A DNA stretch of 64,000 nt from an uncultured Prolixibacteraceae bacterium (GTDB lineage: Bacteria; Bacteroidota; Bacteroidia; Bacteroidales; Prolixibacteraceae), in the NCBI GenBank assembly GCA_964632305.1, contig CAZWBR010000013.1, positions 483 through 64,482 of the forward strand, given 5' to 3'. This document shows positions 28,023 to 37,980 of the stretch, one piece after another. Position 1 is the first letter of the stretch. Each line of letters opens with the position of its first letter. Position numbers and translations under genes: made by a program. The notes under the pieces were generated by a model. The model made no database searches. It had not been told where the DNA came from and was given only the letters and a program-made list of their open reading frames with translations.

Positions 28023-28445
28023 TTACGGTCCCGGACTGATTCCTGCAGGAAGGATCGGGATCTTCAGCTCTTTTTCGACGTACTGGAAATAATAAAACAG
28101 CTTGTGTTCAATTTCAAACGGGTACTCCTCCCACGTGTCGTAATTGATGGGTTCGCCGAAAAAACGGGCATAACGGGCGGTCCTCGATTTCAGGTTCCAT
28201 TCCGTCACATACTGGCGGTTCCAGTTCCGGTAATACTCGATGCTCCGGGCCATCGCCGGGGAGTTTTTCAGCATGTACCACGATTCGAAGCCAGTATCGA
28301 AGACGATCAGTTCATATTGGGTGCTGTCGGCATCGGACGCGATCTCCGGTGCAACAGCTTTTTGCTGCGGTTGTTTCACGCTGCAAGCCATCGCGATGAT
28401 CAGCAGGATGAAGGGCAGCATTCTTCGGATCACTTTTGTTGCCAT
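28023..28445 (-). CDS. Hypothetical lipoprotein
   Basis: 140-aa ORF with a signal peptide and lipobox (AMAC). No catalytic motif recognised. Confidence 0.5.
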   Translation of the reverse strand: MATKVIRRMLPFILLIIAMACSVKQPQQKAVAPEIASDADSTQYELIVFDTGFESWYMLKNSPAMARSIEYYRNWNRQYVTEWNLKSRTARYARFFGEPINYDTWEEYPFEIEHKLFYYFQYVEKELKIPILPAGISPGP

Positions 28446-28705
28446 ACCGGTTTGTTCTTTAAGAATTTATACCCCAATTTACTGAAAATAAATAAGATTT
28501 GTTTGCGATTCAGGAAGTTTAACGATTCCAGGCTGCACAATTCAAAAAGAATGGCAGCAATTTCAGGAAGTAAAGATCGGGGAAACCTCCACGGTTCGGG
28601 TATCCTTTTATTGATTTTCAGGATTAATTCTAAAACAATCTGTTGAGAAACATTGAACGGATGATGGCAGTTATTGTGAAAATCTTATTTTTGCTATAGT
28701 CTAAG

Positions 28706-31700
28706 TTGATTTTAAAATTTAAACTTCTGAAAAAGAGCAGAGAAATAGTAAAGAGCCGGGGAGGGGATACTGACAATTCAGATCGTTATTTCATTGGTAG
28801 TTTGGCAAGGAGTTGGACTTTTTGCGGAAGGATCGCCTTGTGGGTGTTTCTCTTGTCGTTTATTCTTTTCGGTAAGGTTAATCTTTCTCAGGCTCAATGT
28901 CCCAATGTTGGTCAAAGTCATATTATCGGAATAACTTCAGGCTGTGCTCCGTTTGATTTTTCATTCGATGCTGTTTTTCCCTTGCTCAGCGGAACAAGTT
29001 TTCCTGCCGGAGTTAAGTATGAACTGTCCCTTGATTGGGGCGACGAGGCTACCAGCGTTGTTGCGACATCGCAGACGGTTGATGCTTTGGGGCGTCCAAC
29101 CTTAACGGCTAAACCCACGCATACCTATCCTCAGTTCACTGATCCCAAACAAGGGGAGTGCGTCTATGATGTAAAGATGCGGTTGTTGGTAAATAATGTT
29201 GAGTGTCAGGATATAAAGACCGATTTTACCGTTCGGGTTTGGGATACGGATGGGTACCGCGGCGGGGAGCTGGGCATAAATCCTTCTCCGATTTATATCT
29301 GCGATGGCAACCCTTTGGATGTCGTTTTTCATGATATCAGTTCCTGGAACTGTACCGGTAACGTGGGAAGCCCCAATATTAGTGCGCGAACCATCCGATG
29401 GGATTATGGCGAAAATATATCCGGCACACCGATTGCCGGGGTGAAAGTGGAAAGAAAAGACGCATCAGGCAATGTTCTGGGGTTGGTTGATATGGATCTG
29501 AATGATACTATAAGAGGTAGAACCTTTAAGTATGACGATGGTCAATTTATACCGGATTCACGTGGGGATAGCTGGACTGTTAAAATTCCGGCAACCACGG
29601 CATCTGATGTCGGAAAGTTGTTTTGGGTCAGGTTGAATAACTGGAACTATTGCAATCCTTACGGGGGGGCTAAAAAGCCGGAAACTGCAACTGCACGAAT
29701 CGAAATTATTGCGGTTCCTGAACCCCAGTTTGTTACGCCAATAGGCCCATTTTGCAAAGGGGATGCGGCAATAGATCTGGATGCTTATCTGACGTCGAAC
29801 TTTTTCCCGAATCAATTAGCTTTCCGTGAATTTACCGGAACAGGAGTAAGCTATGATTCAAAGACTCAGAAGTGGTATTTTGATCCTGCCGTAGCTGGAA
29901 TAGGGTCTCATACCATTGACTATAGAGAGATTAACCGTGGTGGTTGTGAAGGCGTTGATCAGGTTGTTATAACTGTTACGGATGGATCTGTAGCGAAGTT
30001 TTCAGTAAATGGAAAGGATGAAAGTTTGGCAACAGCGAAAGTTTGCGGTGCTGCTTCTGTCGTATTTCAGAATTTATCTACTGATGGCGATAGTTATACC
30101 TGGGATTTTGGAGACGGAACCATTGAAACGGTTCCTGACAAACAGGATGTTACTCATGTTTTCAGCACGACTTCAGTGCCTATGGTTGTAACACTCACCG
30201 CGAACAGATCTACCGGTTGTTCCGATACTGAATCAAAAACAATAACAATCTTTGAACCTGTACAGGCCAGTTTTACAGCCAAACCCGATTACGGGTGTGG
30301 AACACTGGATGTAGAATTCAATATTACGTCTACCACTTCGTCGGGTTCACTTTTAAAACATCGTTTCTTCTTTGATGATGGCACTCCTACGGTTAACCCA
30401 ACCGGGAAAATCGTGAATCATCAGTTTTTGAACTCCGGGACAACCGATGTAACCTATGATGTTCGGCTTGTCTCCTGGTATTCGCAGGGGGGAGAAGTTG
30501 CTTGTGCAGACACTACCGATCAGGATTTTAGTCCAATCACGGTTTATGCTCCTCCGACTGCCGGTCTGGATCAAAACATTTGTTATCAGCTTACTGCTGA
30601 TTTTGATGCCACTACCAGTGGTGGGACCGGTACCTGGACTCAGGTCTCCGGACCGGATAATGCTGTTATTACCAATGTAAACGATCCAAAATCACCCATT
30701 TTGGCTCCTTATCCGGGAATCTATAAGTTTAAATGGGAAGTGATCGGAGGTTGTTATGGGATCGATACTGTCGCGGTCAATTTTGTACAGGAACCTAATC
30801 CCAATGCTGGATTGGATAACTCCTTATGCGATTTGACCTACGTATTAAGAGCTACCCCGCTGAATGGCATAGAAAAGGGAACCTGGAGCCTTTTATCAGG
30901 ACCTGGCACCCCTGTTTTTCAAAATCCTTCAGCTAACAATACCCGGGTTACCGTAAGTCAGGAGGGAGTTTATCAGTTCCGCTGGACTGTTGATCCGGGT
31001 TACGGTTGTGAGCCAAGGTTTGATGATGTGGAGATTTCATTCGCCAACCCACCGGTTCAACCGTCATATACCTTCACTCCGGTTTCCGGTTGTTCGCCTT
31101 TGACTGTTGTCTTTACCAATACAAGTCCGGCGGGAGCTTCCAATTTTGAGTGGGATTTTGGCGATGGCATAACCTTAAAAACGGAAGATAGGACCGTTAC
31201 TCATACTTTTACAAATGCGACCTCGCTTCCGATTGATTTTGCAGTTCATTTAACCTCGGGAATGAATCAACTTTGTTCCCGTGTATTTAGCGATATTGTC
31301 ACCGTTGAGCCGGAATTCAGCGCCGGCTATTCGGTCACCTACGAGGGGTGCGGGCCGCTGACCCGAAAGTTTGAGAACGCCTATCCGTGGAATTTTTCGG
31401 TCCGGTGGGAGAATGAGAACGGAGAGCTTTTAAGTACCGATATGCAGCCGGAATTAACGTTTACTGCCGTCAACGGTCAGGAGACCACCTATAAGGTTTA
31501 CCTGGTGGGTGAATCGGCCAACGGATGCACCGACCGGGTGGAGAACACGGTGATTGTCCGGGTTCCGCCGGTGGCCGCCTTTACGACCCAATCGACCAAC
31601 GACTGTGCGCCAAAGCTGGTTTCCTTTACCAATACCTCATCCCTTGATGCCACCAGCTTCCAGTGGGACTTTGGCGACGGGAGCGAGGTCACCATCTCAC

Positions 31701-32872
31701 CCAATCCGACCCATACGTTTGTCGAAACGACCGGCGCTCAGGGCTCCTTTAATGTGGTACTGACGGCCCGGAACCGCTATGGCTGTGCTTCCACGGCCAC
31801 GACAACGATCGATGTCCTGCCCACCCCGCAGGCCGATTTCTCCGTGACGCCGCAGGTTCAGACCTTCCCCGACCGTACGGTTCAGGTAACCAATCTTACC
31901 CCTCCCGGAGCTTGGACCTATAGCTGGAGCTTCGGCGATAATACCCCGGTGGAGACTGGGAACGTCACCCAACATATTTATACTACTCCCGGGAATTATA
32001 CCATCACGCTCACCGCGACCGGAACAAGTTGCAGCACCTCAAGAAGTAATGGCATTACTATCTACCCCGGCGCTGCTTTGGCCGATTTTGAACCTGACAC
32101 CACCGGCTGTGCCCCGCTGACCGTGAAATTCAGAAATAATTCGGTCAATGGGTTCCGCTACCTGTGGGATTTCGGCAACGGAAACCATTCCACCGACTTC
32201 GAACCGTCGAATATCTATTACAACGAAGGGACCTATACGGTCCGTTTGGAAACTTACAATCACCAGGGAGAGATGTCGTCGGCCGAACGGACCATTGTCG
32301 TTCATCCCAAGCCGAATGCCTTCTTCCGTCCGTTGCCCGACCGGGTGCGGATGCCCGGACAGTCGGTCACCTTTGCCAATTTCTCTACTCATGCCGATAA
32401 CCTGCTTTGGGATTTCGGCGATGGGACCACTTCCTCCGACGATGAACCGGTTCACCTTTACCAGCAGACCGGCTTTTACGATATTCAGCTAACGGTCTCT
32501 TCCATTGAGAATTGTGCCGATACCTTCCTGCTGGCGCAAGGAGTGGAGGTCTATTCTGAAGGGGAACTGATGGTGCCCAATGCTTTTATGCCTTCGAAGG
32601 ACGGGCCTTCGGGTGGAATCTATACTCCGGGCGATCCGCATAATCCGGTCTTTTATCCAACCGTGGTGGCCGGGGATCTCGAGAAATACGAGCTGCAGAT
32701 CTATAACCGCTGGGGAAACCTGCTGTTCCAGTCGAACGAACCGGAACGCGGGTGGGACGGCTATTACAACGATCAGCTCTGTCCTCAGGATGTTTATGTC
32801 TGGAAAATAAAATGCCGGTTCCTGAACGGGACCGAGGTTACGAAGACGGGCGATGTGACATTGATCCGTTAG
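28706..32872 (+). CDS. PKD-repeat surface protein with T9SS type-B C-terminal sorting domain
   Basis: At least eight W/F-x-F/W-G-D-G type PKD signatures (for example YTWDFGDG, FEWDFGDG, FQWDFGDG, LLWDFGDG). The C-terminus 'YNRWGNLLFQS..GWDGYY..VYVWKI' matches the gliding-motility-associated (type B) CTD. There is no in-frame ATG near the signal peptide, so the start must be TTG (28706 or 28802). Confidence 0.85.
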   Translation: MILKFKLLKKSREIVKSRGGDTDNSDRYFIGSLARSWTFCGRIALWVFLLSFILFGKVNLSQAQCPNVGQSHIIGITSGCAPFDFSFDAVFPLLSGTSFPAGVKYELSLDWGDEATSVVATSQTVDALGRPTLTAKPTHTYPQFTDPKQGECVYDVKMRLLVNNVECQDIKTDFTVRVWDTDGYRGGELGINPSPIYICDGNPLDVVFHDISSWNCTGNVGSPNISARTIRWDYGENISGTPIAGVKVERKDASGNVLGLVDMDLNDTIRGRTFKYDDGQFIPDSRGDSWTVKIPATTASDVGKLFWVRLNNWNYCNPYGGAKKPETATARIEIIAVPEPQFVTPIGPFCKGDAAIDLDAYLTSNFFPNQLAFREFTGTGVSYDSKTQKWYFDPAVAGIGSHTIDYREINRGGCEGVDQVVITVTDGSVAKFSVNGKDESLATAKVCGAASVVFQNLSTDGDSYTWDFGDGTIETVPDKQDVTHVFSTTSVPMVVTLTANRSTGCSDTESKTITIFEPVQASFTAKPDYGCGTLDVEFNITSTTSSGSLLKHRFFFDDGTPTVNPTGKIVNHQFLNSGTTDVTYDVRLVSWYSQGGEVACADTTDQDFSPITVYAPPTAGLDQNICYQLTADFDATTSGGTGTWTQVSGPDNAVITNVNDPKSPILAPYPGIYKFKWEVIGGCYGIDTVAVNFVQEPNPNAGLDNSLCDLTYVLRATPLNGIEKGTWSLLSGPGTPVFQNPSANNTRVTVSQEGVYQFRWTVDPGYGCEPRFDDVEISFANPPVQPSYTFTPVSGCSPLTVVFTNTSPAGASNFEWDFGDGITLKTEDRTVTHTFTNATSLPIDFAVHLTSGMNQLCSRVFSDIVTVEPEFSAGYSVTYEGCGPLTRKFENAYPWNFSVRWENENGELLSTDMQPELTFTAVNGQETTYKVYLVGESANGCTDRVENTVIVRVPPVAAFTTQSTNDCAPKLVSFTNTSSLDATSFQWDFGDGSEVTISPNPTHTFVETTGAQGSFNVVLTARNRYGCASTATTTIDVLPTPQADFSVTPQVQTFPDRTVQVTNLTPPGAWTYSWSFGDNTPVETGNVTQHIYTTPGNYTITLTATGTSCSTSRSNGITIYPGAALADFEPDTTGCAPLTVKFRNNSVNGFRYLWDFGNGNHSTDFEPSNIYYNEGTYTVRLETYNHQGEMSSAERTIVVHPKPNAFFRPLPDRVRMPGQSVTFANFSTHADNLLWDFGDGTTSSDDEPVHLYQQTGFYDIQLTVSSIENCADTFLLAQGVEVYSEGELMVPNAFMPSKDGPSGGIYTPGDPHNPVFYPTVVAGDLEKYELQIYNRWGNLLFQSNEPERGWDGYYNDQLCPQDVYVWKIKCRFLNGTEVTKTGDVTLIR

Positions 32873-32892
32873 ATGAAATATTAAAAAAAGAG

Positions 32893-33936
32893 ATGAAAAA
32901 GATTGCGTTAGTAATAGGGATTTTTCTTTTGACGCTGAGCTCAGTGGCCCAGGATCCCCATTTCTCGCAATTCTATGCCGCCCCCAATTACCTGAGTCCC
33001 TCGCTGGCCGGTTCCTCGGGCGGGACCCGCTTCGTGGCCAACTACCGTAACCAGTGGCCCGGCATCACGAAGACCTATCAGACCTATGCTTTCGCGATGG
33101 ATATGTACCTGAACAAATACCGGAGCGGCTTCGGGCTGCTGGCGCTCTCCGATAAAGCCGGATCGGCCAGTCTGACCACTTCGTTATTGGGATTGCAATA
33201 TTCCTACCGGGTGCAGTTGGGTGAGAAATGGCAGTTTGTGCCGGGATTGCAGTTTACAATGGGGCAACGGAGCATCGACCGCACCAAGCTGGTTTTCCCC
33301 GATGAGGTGCAGAGCGGTTATCCTTCCGCCGGGCAGGCTTACCTGACCGACACCAAAGCCCAGTACGTCGATTTTGCCACGTCGCTCTTTCTCTATTCGC
33401 CCCGATTCTGGTTTGGCCTGGGGGCCGATCATATGCTGAACCCCAATTATACCTTTATGGATGAGAAGGCGACGCTGCCGCTGAAGATCGTCCAGTTTGG
33501 CGGGATCAATTTCTGGCGCGAAAACTCGAAACGACTGGAAGAACCCCGTACCGCTTCGCTCTGTTACCGGTTTGAATATCAGAACTCCTTCAAGCAGCTC
33601 GATTTGGGCGCTTACTGGTATGGCCGGGCCCTCGATTTCGGCGCCTGGTACCGCGGGTTGCCGGTCTTCAATAATGAGAACGGGGGCGATCGTATGTTCG
33701 ATACCGATGCGGTGGTCCTGATGGTGGGCTATTCAACCGGCTCCTTCCGGATCGGTTACAGCTACGATATTCAGCTCTCCTCCCTGGCTGCCTATGGGGG
33801 CGGGGCTCATGAAGTTTCGATCATGTTCGAGATGGGGGAACTCTTCGGTTGCGGCGCAAAGTATTTTGATTGCTTTTCCCGTCGCACCGGCCTGCAGTTC
33901 GATAAGGAGAGTCCGCGTAAGCTGAAAATATTCTAA
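32893..33936 (+). CDS. PorP/SprF family type IX secretion system membrane protein
   Basis: The start is set at MKKIALV. The signature N-terminus 'AQDPHFSQFYAAPNYLSPSLAG' is present. It lies directly downstream of a type-B CTD cargo gene. Confidence 0.85.
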   Translation: MKKIALVIGIFLLTLSSVAQDPHFSQFYAAPNYLSPSLAGSSGGTRFVANYRNQWPGITKTYQTYAFAMDMYLNKYRSGFGLLALSDKAGSASLTTSLLGLQYSYRVQLGEKWQFVPGLQFTMGQRSIDRTKLVFPDEVQSGYPSAGQAYLTDTKAQYVDFATSLFLYSPRFWFGLGADHMLNPNYTFMDEKATLPLKIVQFGGINFWRENSKRLEEPRTASLCYRFEYQNSFKQLDLGAYWYGRALDFGAWYRGLPVFNNENGGDRMFDTDAVVLMVGYSTGSFRIGYSYDIQLSSLAAYGGGAHEVSIMFEMGELFGCGAKYFDCFSRRTGLQFDKESPRKLKIF

Positions 33937-34017
33937 TAACGGTATAGTTCCCAATAAATTTCCGGAAATCTTCATTGTACGGGTAGTTTATACAAGCATC
34001 ATAGTTATTCCAATCCT

Positions 34018-34311
34018 TCAACGGACCATTCCCTGCACAAGTATCGTATCGCAATCGGCAGCCTTCAACCGGTGTTTCAGAATCTGCTGATAATCGTCGG
34101 AATGGTACCATCTTTCAAAATCCTCCCTGCTGTCGAACCGGATCAGCACACTCCTGGAATAGTCCCAATTCCCTTCCAACAGCTGAGGATGGCTGTCCAC
34201 GGCCAGGTATTCCCCGTTGAATTTCGCGAAAACTTCCCCGGCATGGTCCAGGTATTTTTGATACTCCTCCGGATCGTTGATTCGGATTTGTGCGATAAAA
34301 TAATAGCTCAT
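34018..34311 (-). CDS. DUF1330 domain protein
   Basis: 97-aa ORF of dimeric alpha-beta-barrel type ('YYFIAQIRINDPEEYQKY'). Confidence 0.7.
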   Translation of the reverse strand: MSYYFIAQIRINDPEEYQKYLDHAGEVFAKFNGEYLAVDSHPQLLEGNWDYSRSVLIRFDSREDFERWYHSDDYQQILKHRLKAADCDTILVQGMVR

Positions 34312-34535
34312 CGGTCGTACTGTTAATTGAAGAACAACTTGCGGAATTCAGAAAGCACTGCTCTTTCGGTTGTAGTGCACAATTGGCAAATCCTTTTAAG
34401 CAGGTCTTCCATTCCTCCAATAATGACCATAAAATTATAGAATAAATCCTTAAATCAGTACCGGATAAGACGAATATCGTCAATAGGTCAACGTCAGATT
34501 TTAAGAGAAATATCAGTGTATTTTTTATGTACTTA

Positions 34536-34605
34536 CTGTGTTATTTATACACACAAAATATACAGATACTACACAGAAACAACACAGAAACCCTTGCTTT
34601 GAACC
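34536..34605 (+). repeat. Hairpin with three 11-nt-phased direct repeats, copy B
   Basis: AAATATACAGA (34556-34566), TACTACACAGA (34567-34577) and AACAACACAGA (34578-34588). The arm CTGTGTTATTTAT (34536-34548) pairs with 34576-34588 at 11 of 13 positions. The tail AACCCTTGCTTTGAACC matches the copy A tail at 13 of 17 positions. Confidence 0.7.
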
Positions 34606-34708
34606 GGTGGTGTTTCGGCGGAAACAGAGATCGGGCAATCGGTGGAATATATTGCTGAAAGGAAATATTATATTTAAAATGATTGAAGACAAAAGAGGTA
34701 ATCCTGGA

Positions 34709-35653
34709 TCAGAAAGGCAGATTTTTCAGATCGACGTTGCCTCCGGAGAGGATAATGCCGATTCTTTTCCCGTCTGAATCCGCTTTCTTTTCCAACAGGG
34801 CGGCTAACGGGACCGCGCTGGAGGGTTCGATAATGATCTTCATTCGTTCCCATACCAATCGCATGGCCGCGATAATCGCTTCCTCGGAAACCGTGACGAT
34901 ATCATCCACATTTTTTTGGATGATCGCAAAATTAATCTCGCCCAGCGAGGTGAGCAGTCCGTCGGCGATGGTTTTGGGATTGACGGACGGGATGATTCTT
35001 CCTTCGCGGAATGAGCGACAGGCATCGTCGGCGCCGGCCGGTTCGGCAGCAATCACCTTACATTGGGGCAACAACGCTTTTGTGGATAGGGCTGTTCCCG
35101 ATAATAATCCGCCCCCGCCGACGGGGCACATCACAATATCCAGCTCACCTATCTCTTCGATCAGTTCCACAGTGGCAGTTCCCTGGCCGGCAATGACCTT
35201 GAAGTTGTTGTAGGGATGAACGACGGTCACCCCTTCTTTATCGACGATCTGTTGCAGGGTCGATTCCCTGGCCTGGAGGGTGGGTTCGCAGAAGGTGATT
35301 TCGGCCCCGTAGCCGGCAACGGCGATTTTTTTAATTTCAGGGGCGTTGGAGGGCATGACTATATGGGCTTTGATCCCGCGGAGCCGGGCGGCCAGGGCCA
35401 GCGCTGCCGCATGATTCCCCGAGGAGTGGGTGCCCACCCCATGCGAAGCTTCCTCGTCGGTCAGCGAGAAGACGGAGTTGCAGGCCCCGCGAAATTTGAA
35501 TGCCCCTACTTTCTGGAGGTTCTCGCATTTAAAAAAGAGCTCGGCGCCGGCAATTCGGTTGATGCTTTTACAGGTCATGACCGGGGTCCAGTGAATATAG
35601 GCTGAAATCAGTTGTTGAGCGGCTTGAATATCTTGAAATTCGGGGAGTATCAT
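34709..35653 (-). CDS. Fold-type II PLP-dependent serine/threonine dehydratase-like enzyme (serine racemase / threo-3-hydroxyaspartate ammonia-lyase-like)
   Basis: 314-aa ORF with the PLP-lysine motif 'KCENLQKVGAFKFRGA' and the glycine loop 'PVGGGGLLSG'. Confidence 0.8.
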   Translation of the reverse strand: MILPEFQDIQAAQQLISAYIHWTPVMTCKSINRIAGAELFFKCENLQKVGAFKFRGACNSVFSLTDEEASHGVGTHSSGNHAAALALAARLRGIKAHIVMPSNAPEIKKIAVAGYGAEITFCEPTLQARESTLQQIVDKEGVTVVHPYNNFKVIAGQGTATVELIEEIGELDIVMCPVGGGGLLSGTALSTKALLPQCKVIAAEPAGADDACRSFREGRIIPSVNPKTIADGLLTSLGEINFAIIQKNVDDIVTVSEEAIIAAMRLVWERMKIIIEPSSAVPLAALLEKKADSDGKRIGIILSGGNVDLKNLPF

Positions 35654-35699
35654 TTGGTTGAAAATAAAATTCAGGAATCAATATTATCTTGGGATCTCT

Positions 35700-36509
35700 T
35701 TATTCGTTATTTGAGCCATCCTGATTTGCCCCTGGTGCCTCCTTATCTTTCTTGTATTGATCGAAAATAGCACGGACCATCACCTCTACTTCGTAGGTTG
35801 AAGCGCTGTAATGCAGTGTGTTATTGGCGTTGCAATAGACCATGAAATCGTCGAGGGCATCGCCGGTCAGGCCGGTAATCCGTTGCAGGACATCTTTGTT
35901 GTAGACCAGGGAGAATATGGTCCATTCGCGATCGGTGCGCATGGCGGCTAGCGTGGCCCGTTTCTCTTTCTCGCTTTTGCTGAACTTGTAATAGAGGAAG
36001 GAGGTGGGGTTGAAAACGGCCGTGAGAGCGGTTGGCTTTTTCGAGAAATCACTACGTAATTCGGCAGGAATCTGACTGGGTTGCTTTTGGGGAGTCATCC
36101 CGCTCATGTTGACTTTGAGCCCTTCGGCGGTGACGTCGACCTGGTCGATCAAATAGCGGATAGAAGAGAGGAAAACAACGGCGCTGTCCTGATTCTGGGC
36201 GAGGATATTGCTGACCGGCACTTTCAATTCTTTATATCCTAATGATTTGAAAGTGAGTGTGTCGGTCGGGTCGGCCTGGAGCGAGAATAATCCATTGGCA
36301 TCGGTCATGGTTCCGCCCCGTATCCTTTGATTGATTACGTTGGCATAAGGGATGGCCTCTTTGGTGACCTGATCGATCAGACGGGCCGAGACTTGGACCA
36401 TGTCCTCCGGAAAGTAGAGTTGTGCCACGGACTTTTGGAGCATGGCAAAGGTCAGGGTAATCAGGAGGACCGAGGCTCTGAACAGGAACAATACTTTCTG
36501 ATTCATCAT
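35700..36509 (-). CDS. Carboxypeptidase-like regulatory domain protein, secreted
   Basis: 269-aa ORF with a signal peptide and 'ARLIDQVTKEAIPYANVINQRIRGGTMTDANGLFSL'. Confidence 0.55.
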   Translation of the reverse strand: MMNQKVLFLFRASVLLITLTFAMLQKSVAQLYFPEDMVQVSARLIDQVTKEAIPYANVINQRIRGGTMTDANGLFSLQADPTDTLTFKSLGYKELKVPVSNILAQNQDSAVVFLSSIRYLIDQVDVTAEGLKVNMSGMTPQKQPSQIPAELRSDFSKKPTALTAVFNPTSFLYYKFSKSEKEKRATLAAMRTDREWTIFSLVYNKDVLQRITGLTGDALDDFMVYCNANNTLHYSASTYEVEVMVRAIFDQYKKDKEAPGANQDGSNNE

Positions 36510-36558
36510 GGGCAGTTAATAGTTCGATGTTGAATTGACAGTATTTGTTGTCCGATCG

Positions 36559-36623
36559 TGAAAAAGCAATCGGGCAACAATACAAAGATGCTTAATTTAA
36601 GCCAAAAGTTGTATTGTTGCCCG
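36559..36623 (-). terminator. Intrinsic terminator after dapL
   Basis: A 15-bp perfect stem (CGGGCAACAATACAA 36571-36585 with TTGTATTGTTGCCCG 36609-36623). The minus strand follows with ATTGCTTTTTC. Confidence 0.6.
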
Positions 36624-36641
36624 AAAGAATGAGTAATCCGC

Positions 36642-37874
36642 TTAGAATTTCAGGTTGCGGATACGGTCCATGGCCTTCAGCACGTTTTCGCGTTCAGCGA
36701 AAGCGGAGAAACGGAAGTAACCTTCGCCCGAGGGACCGAAACCGGAGCCGGGGGTTCCCACGACGTTGGCTTCGCTGAGCAGTTTATCGAAGAAGTCCCA
36801 GGAGCTCATGCCGTTTTTGGTTTTCACCCAGACATAGGGGGCGTTGACTCCGCCAAAGACGGTATAGCCTAACTCTTTCAGGCTCTCGCGCATGATGCGG
36901 GCGTTCTCGAGATAATAAGCGATAATGGCTTTGATTTCCTTACTGCCTTTTTCGGTATAGATGGCTGCCGCAGCTTTTTGAACCGGGTAGGAGACTCCGT
37001 TAAACTTGGTGGTATGGCGGCGCATCCACAATGGTTTGACCGAATGAGCCTTTCCTTTACTGTCGTAAGCCATTACCTCATTGGGGATCACGGTAAAGGC
37101 GCAGCGGGTTCCGGTAAAGCCGGCGGTCTTGGAGAAGCTGCGGAATTCTATGGCCACGCTTTTAGCCCCTTCGATCTCGTAGATGGAGTGAGGGATGGCC
37201 GGATCGGTGATATAGGCTTCGTAAGCCGCATCGTAAAGGATGATACATTTGTTGGCGATGGCATAATCGACCCATTTCTTCAGCACTTCCTTGCTGGCCA
37301 CGGTGCCGGTGGGGTTATTGGGGAAGCAGAGGAAGATCAGGTCGGGGCGTTCCTGGGGAAGCTCGGGGGTAAAGCCGTTTTCTTCGGTGCAGGGCATATA
37401 AACGATCCCTTCGAAATAACCGTTGTCTTTTATGTATCCTGTTTTGCCCGACATCACGGTGGTGTCGGCATAGACGGGATAGACCGGATCGCAGATGGCG
37501 ATTATGTTGTTATGACCGAAGATTTCCTGGATATTCCCGGTATCGCATTTCGATCCGTCGGAGACGAAGATATCGTCGGCTGAGATGTCGACGCCGCGGG
37601 AGTGATAGTCGTTGGTGGCAATGGCTTCGCGAAGGAAGTCGTATCCCTGTTCGGGGCCGTATCCTTTGAAGGTTTCACTTTTGCCCATCTCCTCAACCCC
37701 TTCATGAAAGGCTCTCAGGATGGTGGGGGGCAGGGGCTGGGTCACGTCGCCGATCCCCATGCGGATGATCTCTTTTCCCGGGTTGGCGGCAGCAAATTCG
37801 CGGACCCTGCGGCCAATTTCGGGGAACAGATAACCTGCTTTCAGCTTTAAATAATTCTCGTTAATTAATGCCAT
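36642..37874 (-). CDS. dapL: LL-diaminopimelate aminotransferase
   Basis: 410-aa ORF. The N-terminus '[21 protein letters not shown]' is characteristic of DapL. Class I aminotransferase PLP site '[10 protein letters not shown]'. Confidence 0.85.
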   Translation of the reverse strand: MALINENYLKLKAGYLFPEIGRRVREFAAANPGKEIIRMGIGDVTQPLPPTILRAFHEGVEEMGKSETFKGYGPEQGYDFLREAIATNDYHSRGVDISADDIFVSDGSKCDTGNIQEIFGHNNIIAICDPVYPVYADTTVMSGKTGYIKDNGYFEGIVYMPCTEENGFTPELPQERPDLIFLCFPNNPTGTVASKEVLKKWVDYAIANKCIILYDAAYEAYITDPAIPHSIYEIEGAKSVAIEFRSFSKTAGFTGTRCAFTVIPNEVMAYDSKGKAHSVKPLWMRRHTTKFNGVSYPVQKAAAAIYTEKGSKEIKAIIAYYLENARIMRESLKELGYTVFGGVNAPYVWVKTKNGMSSWDFFDKLLSEANVVGTPGSGFGPSGEGYFRFSAFAERENVLKAMDRIRNLKF

Positions 37875-37980
37875 AATATTCTGTTTAATTGTAATTTCAT
37901 GATTCTTTTCTGGAAAGCAAAGATACGAAATAAATTATTGGGTACTTTTACCGTCGAACATAACTTAAGCAACACAGACA

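Noticed and set aside
27945-28646. A 233-aa plus-strand ORF overlapping the lipoprotein gene. Similar long antisense ORFs include 1783..2280, 22334..22921, 34683..35213, 36978..37583 and 42230..42583.
   Set aside because: All lie antisense to genes with clear family motifs. They occur in GC-rich coding stretches where stop codons are rare, and their products are low-complexity and rich in R, G and P. I regard them as spurious.
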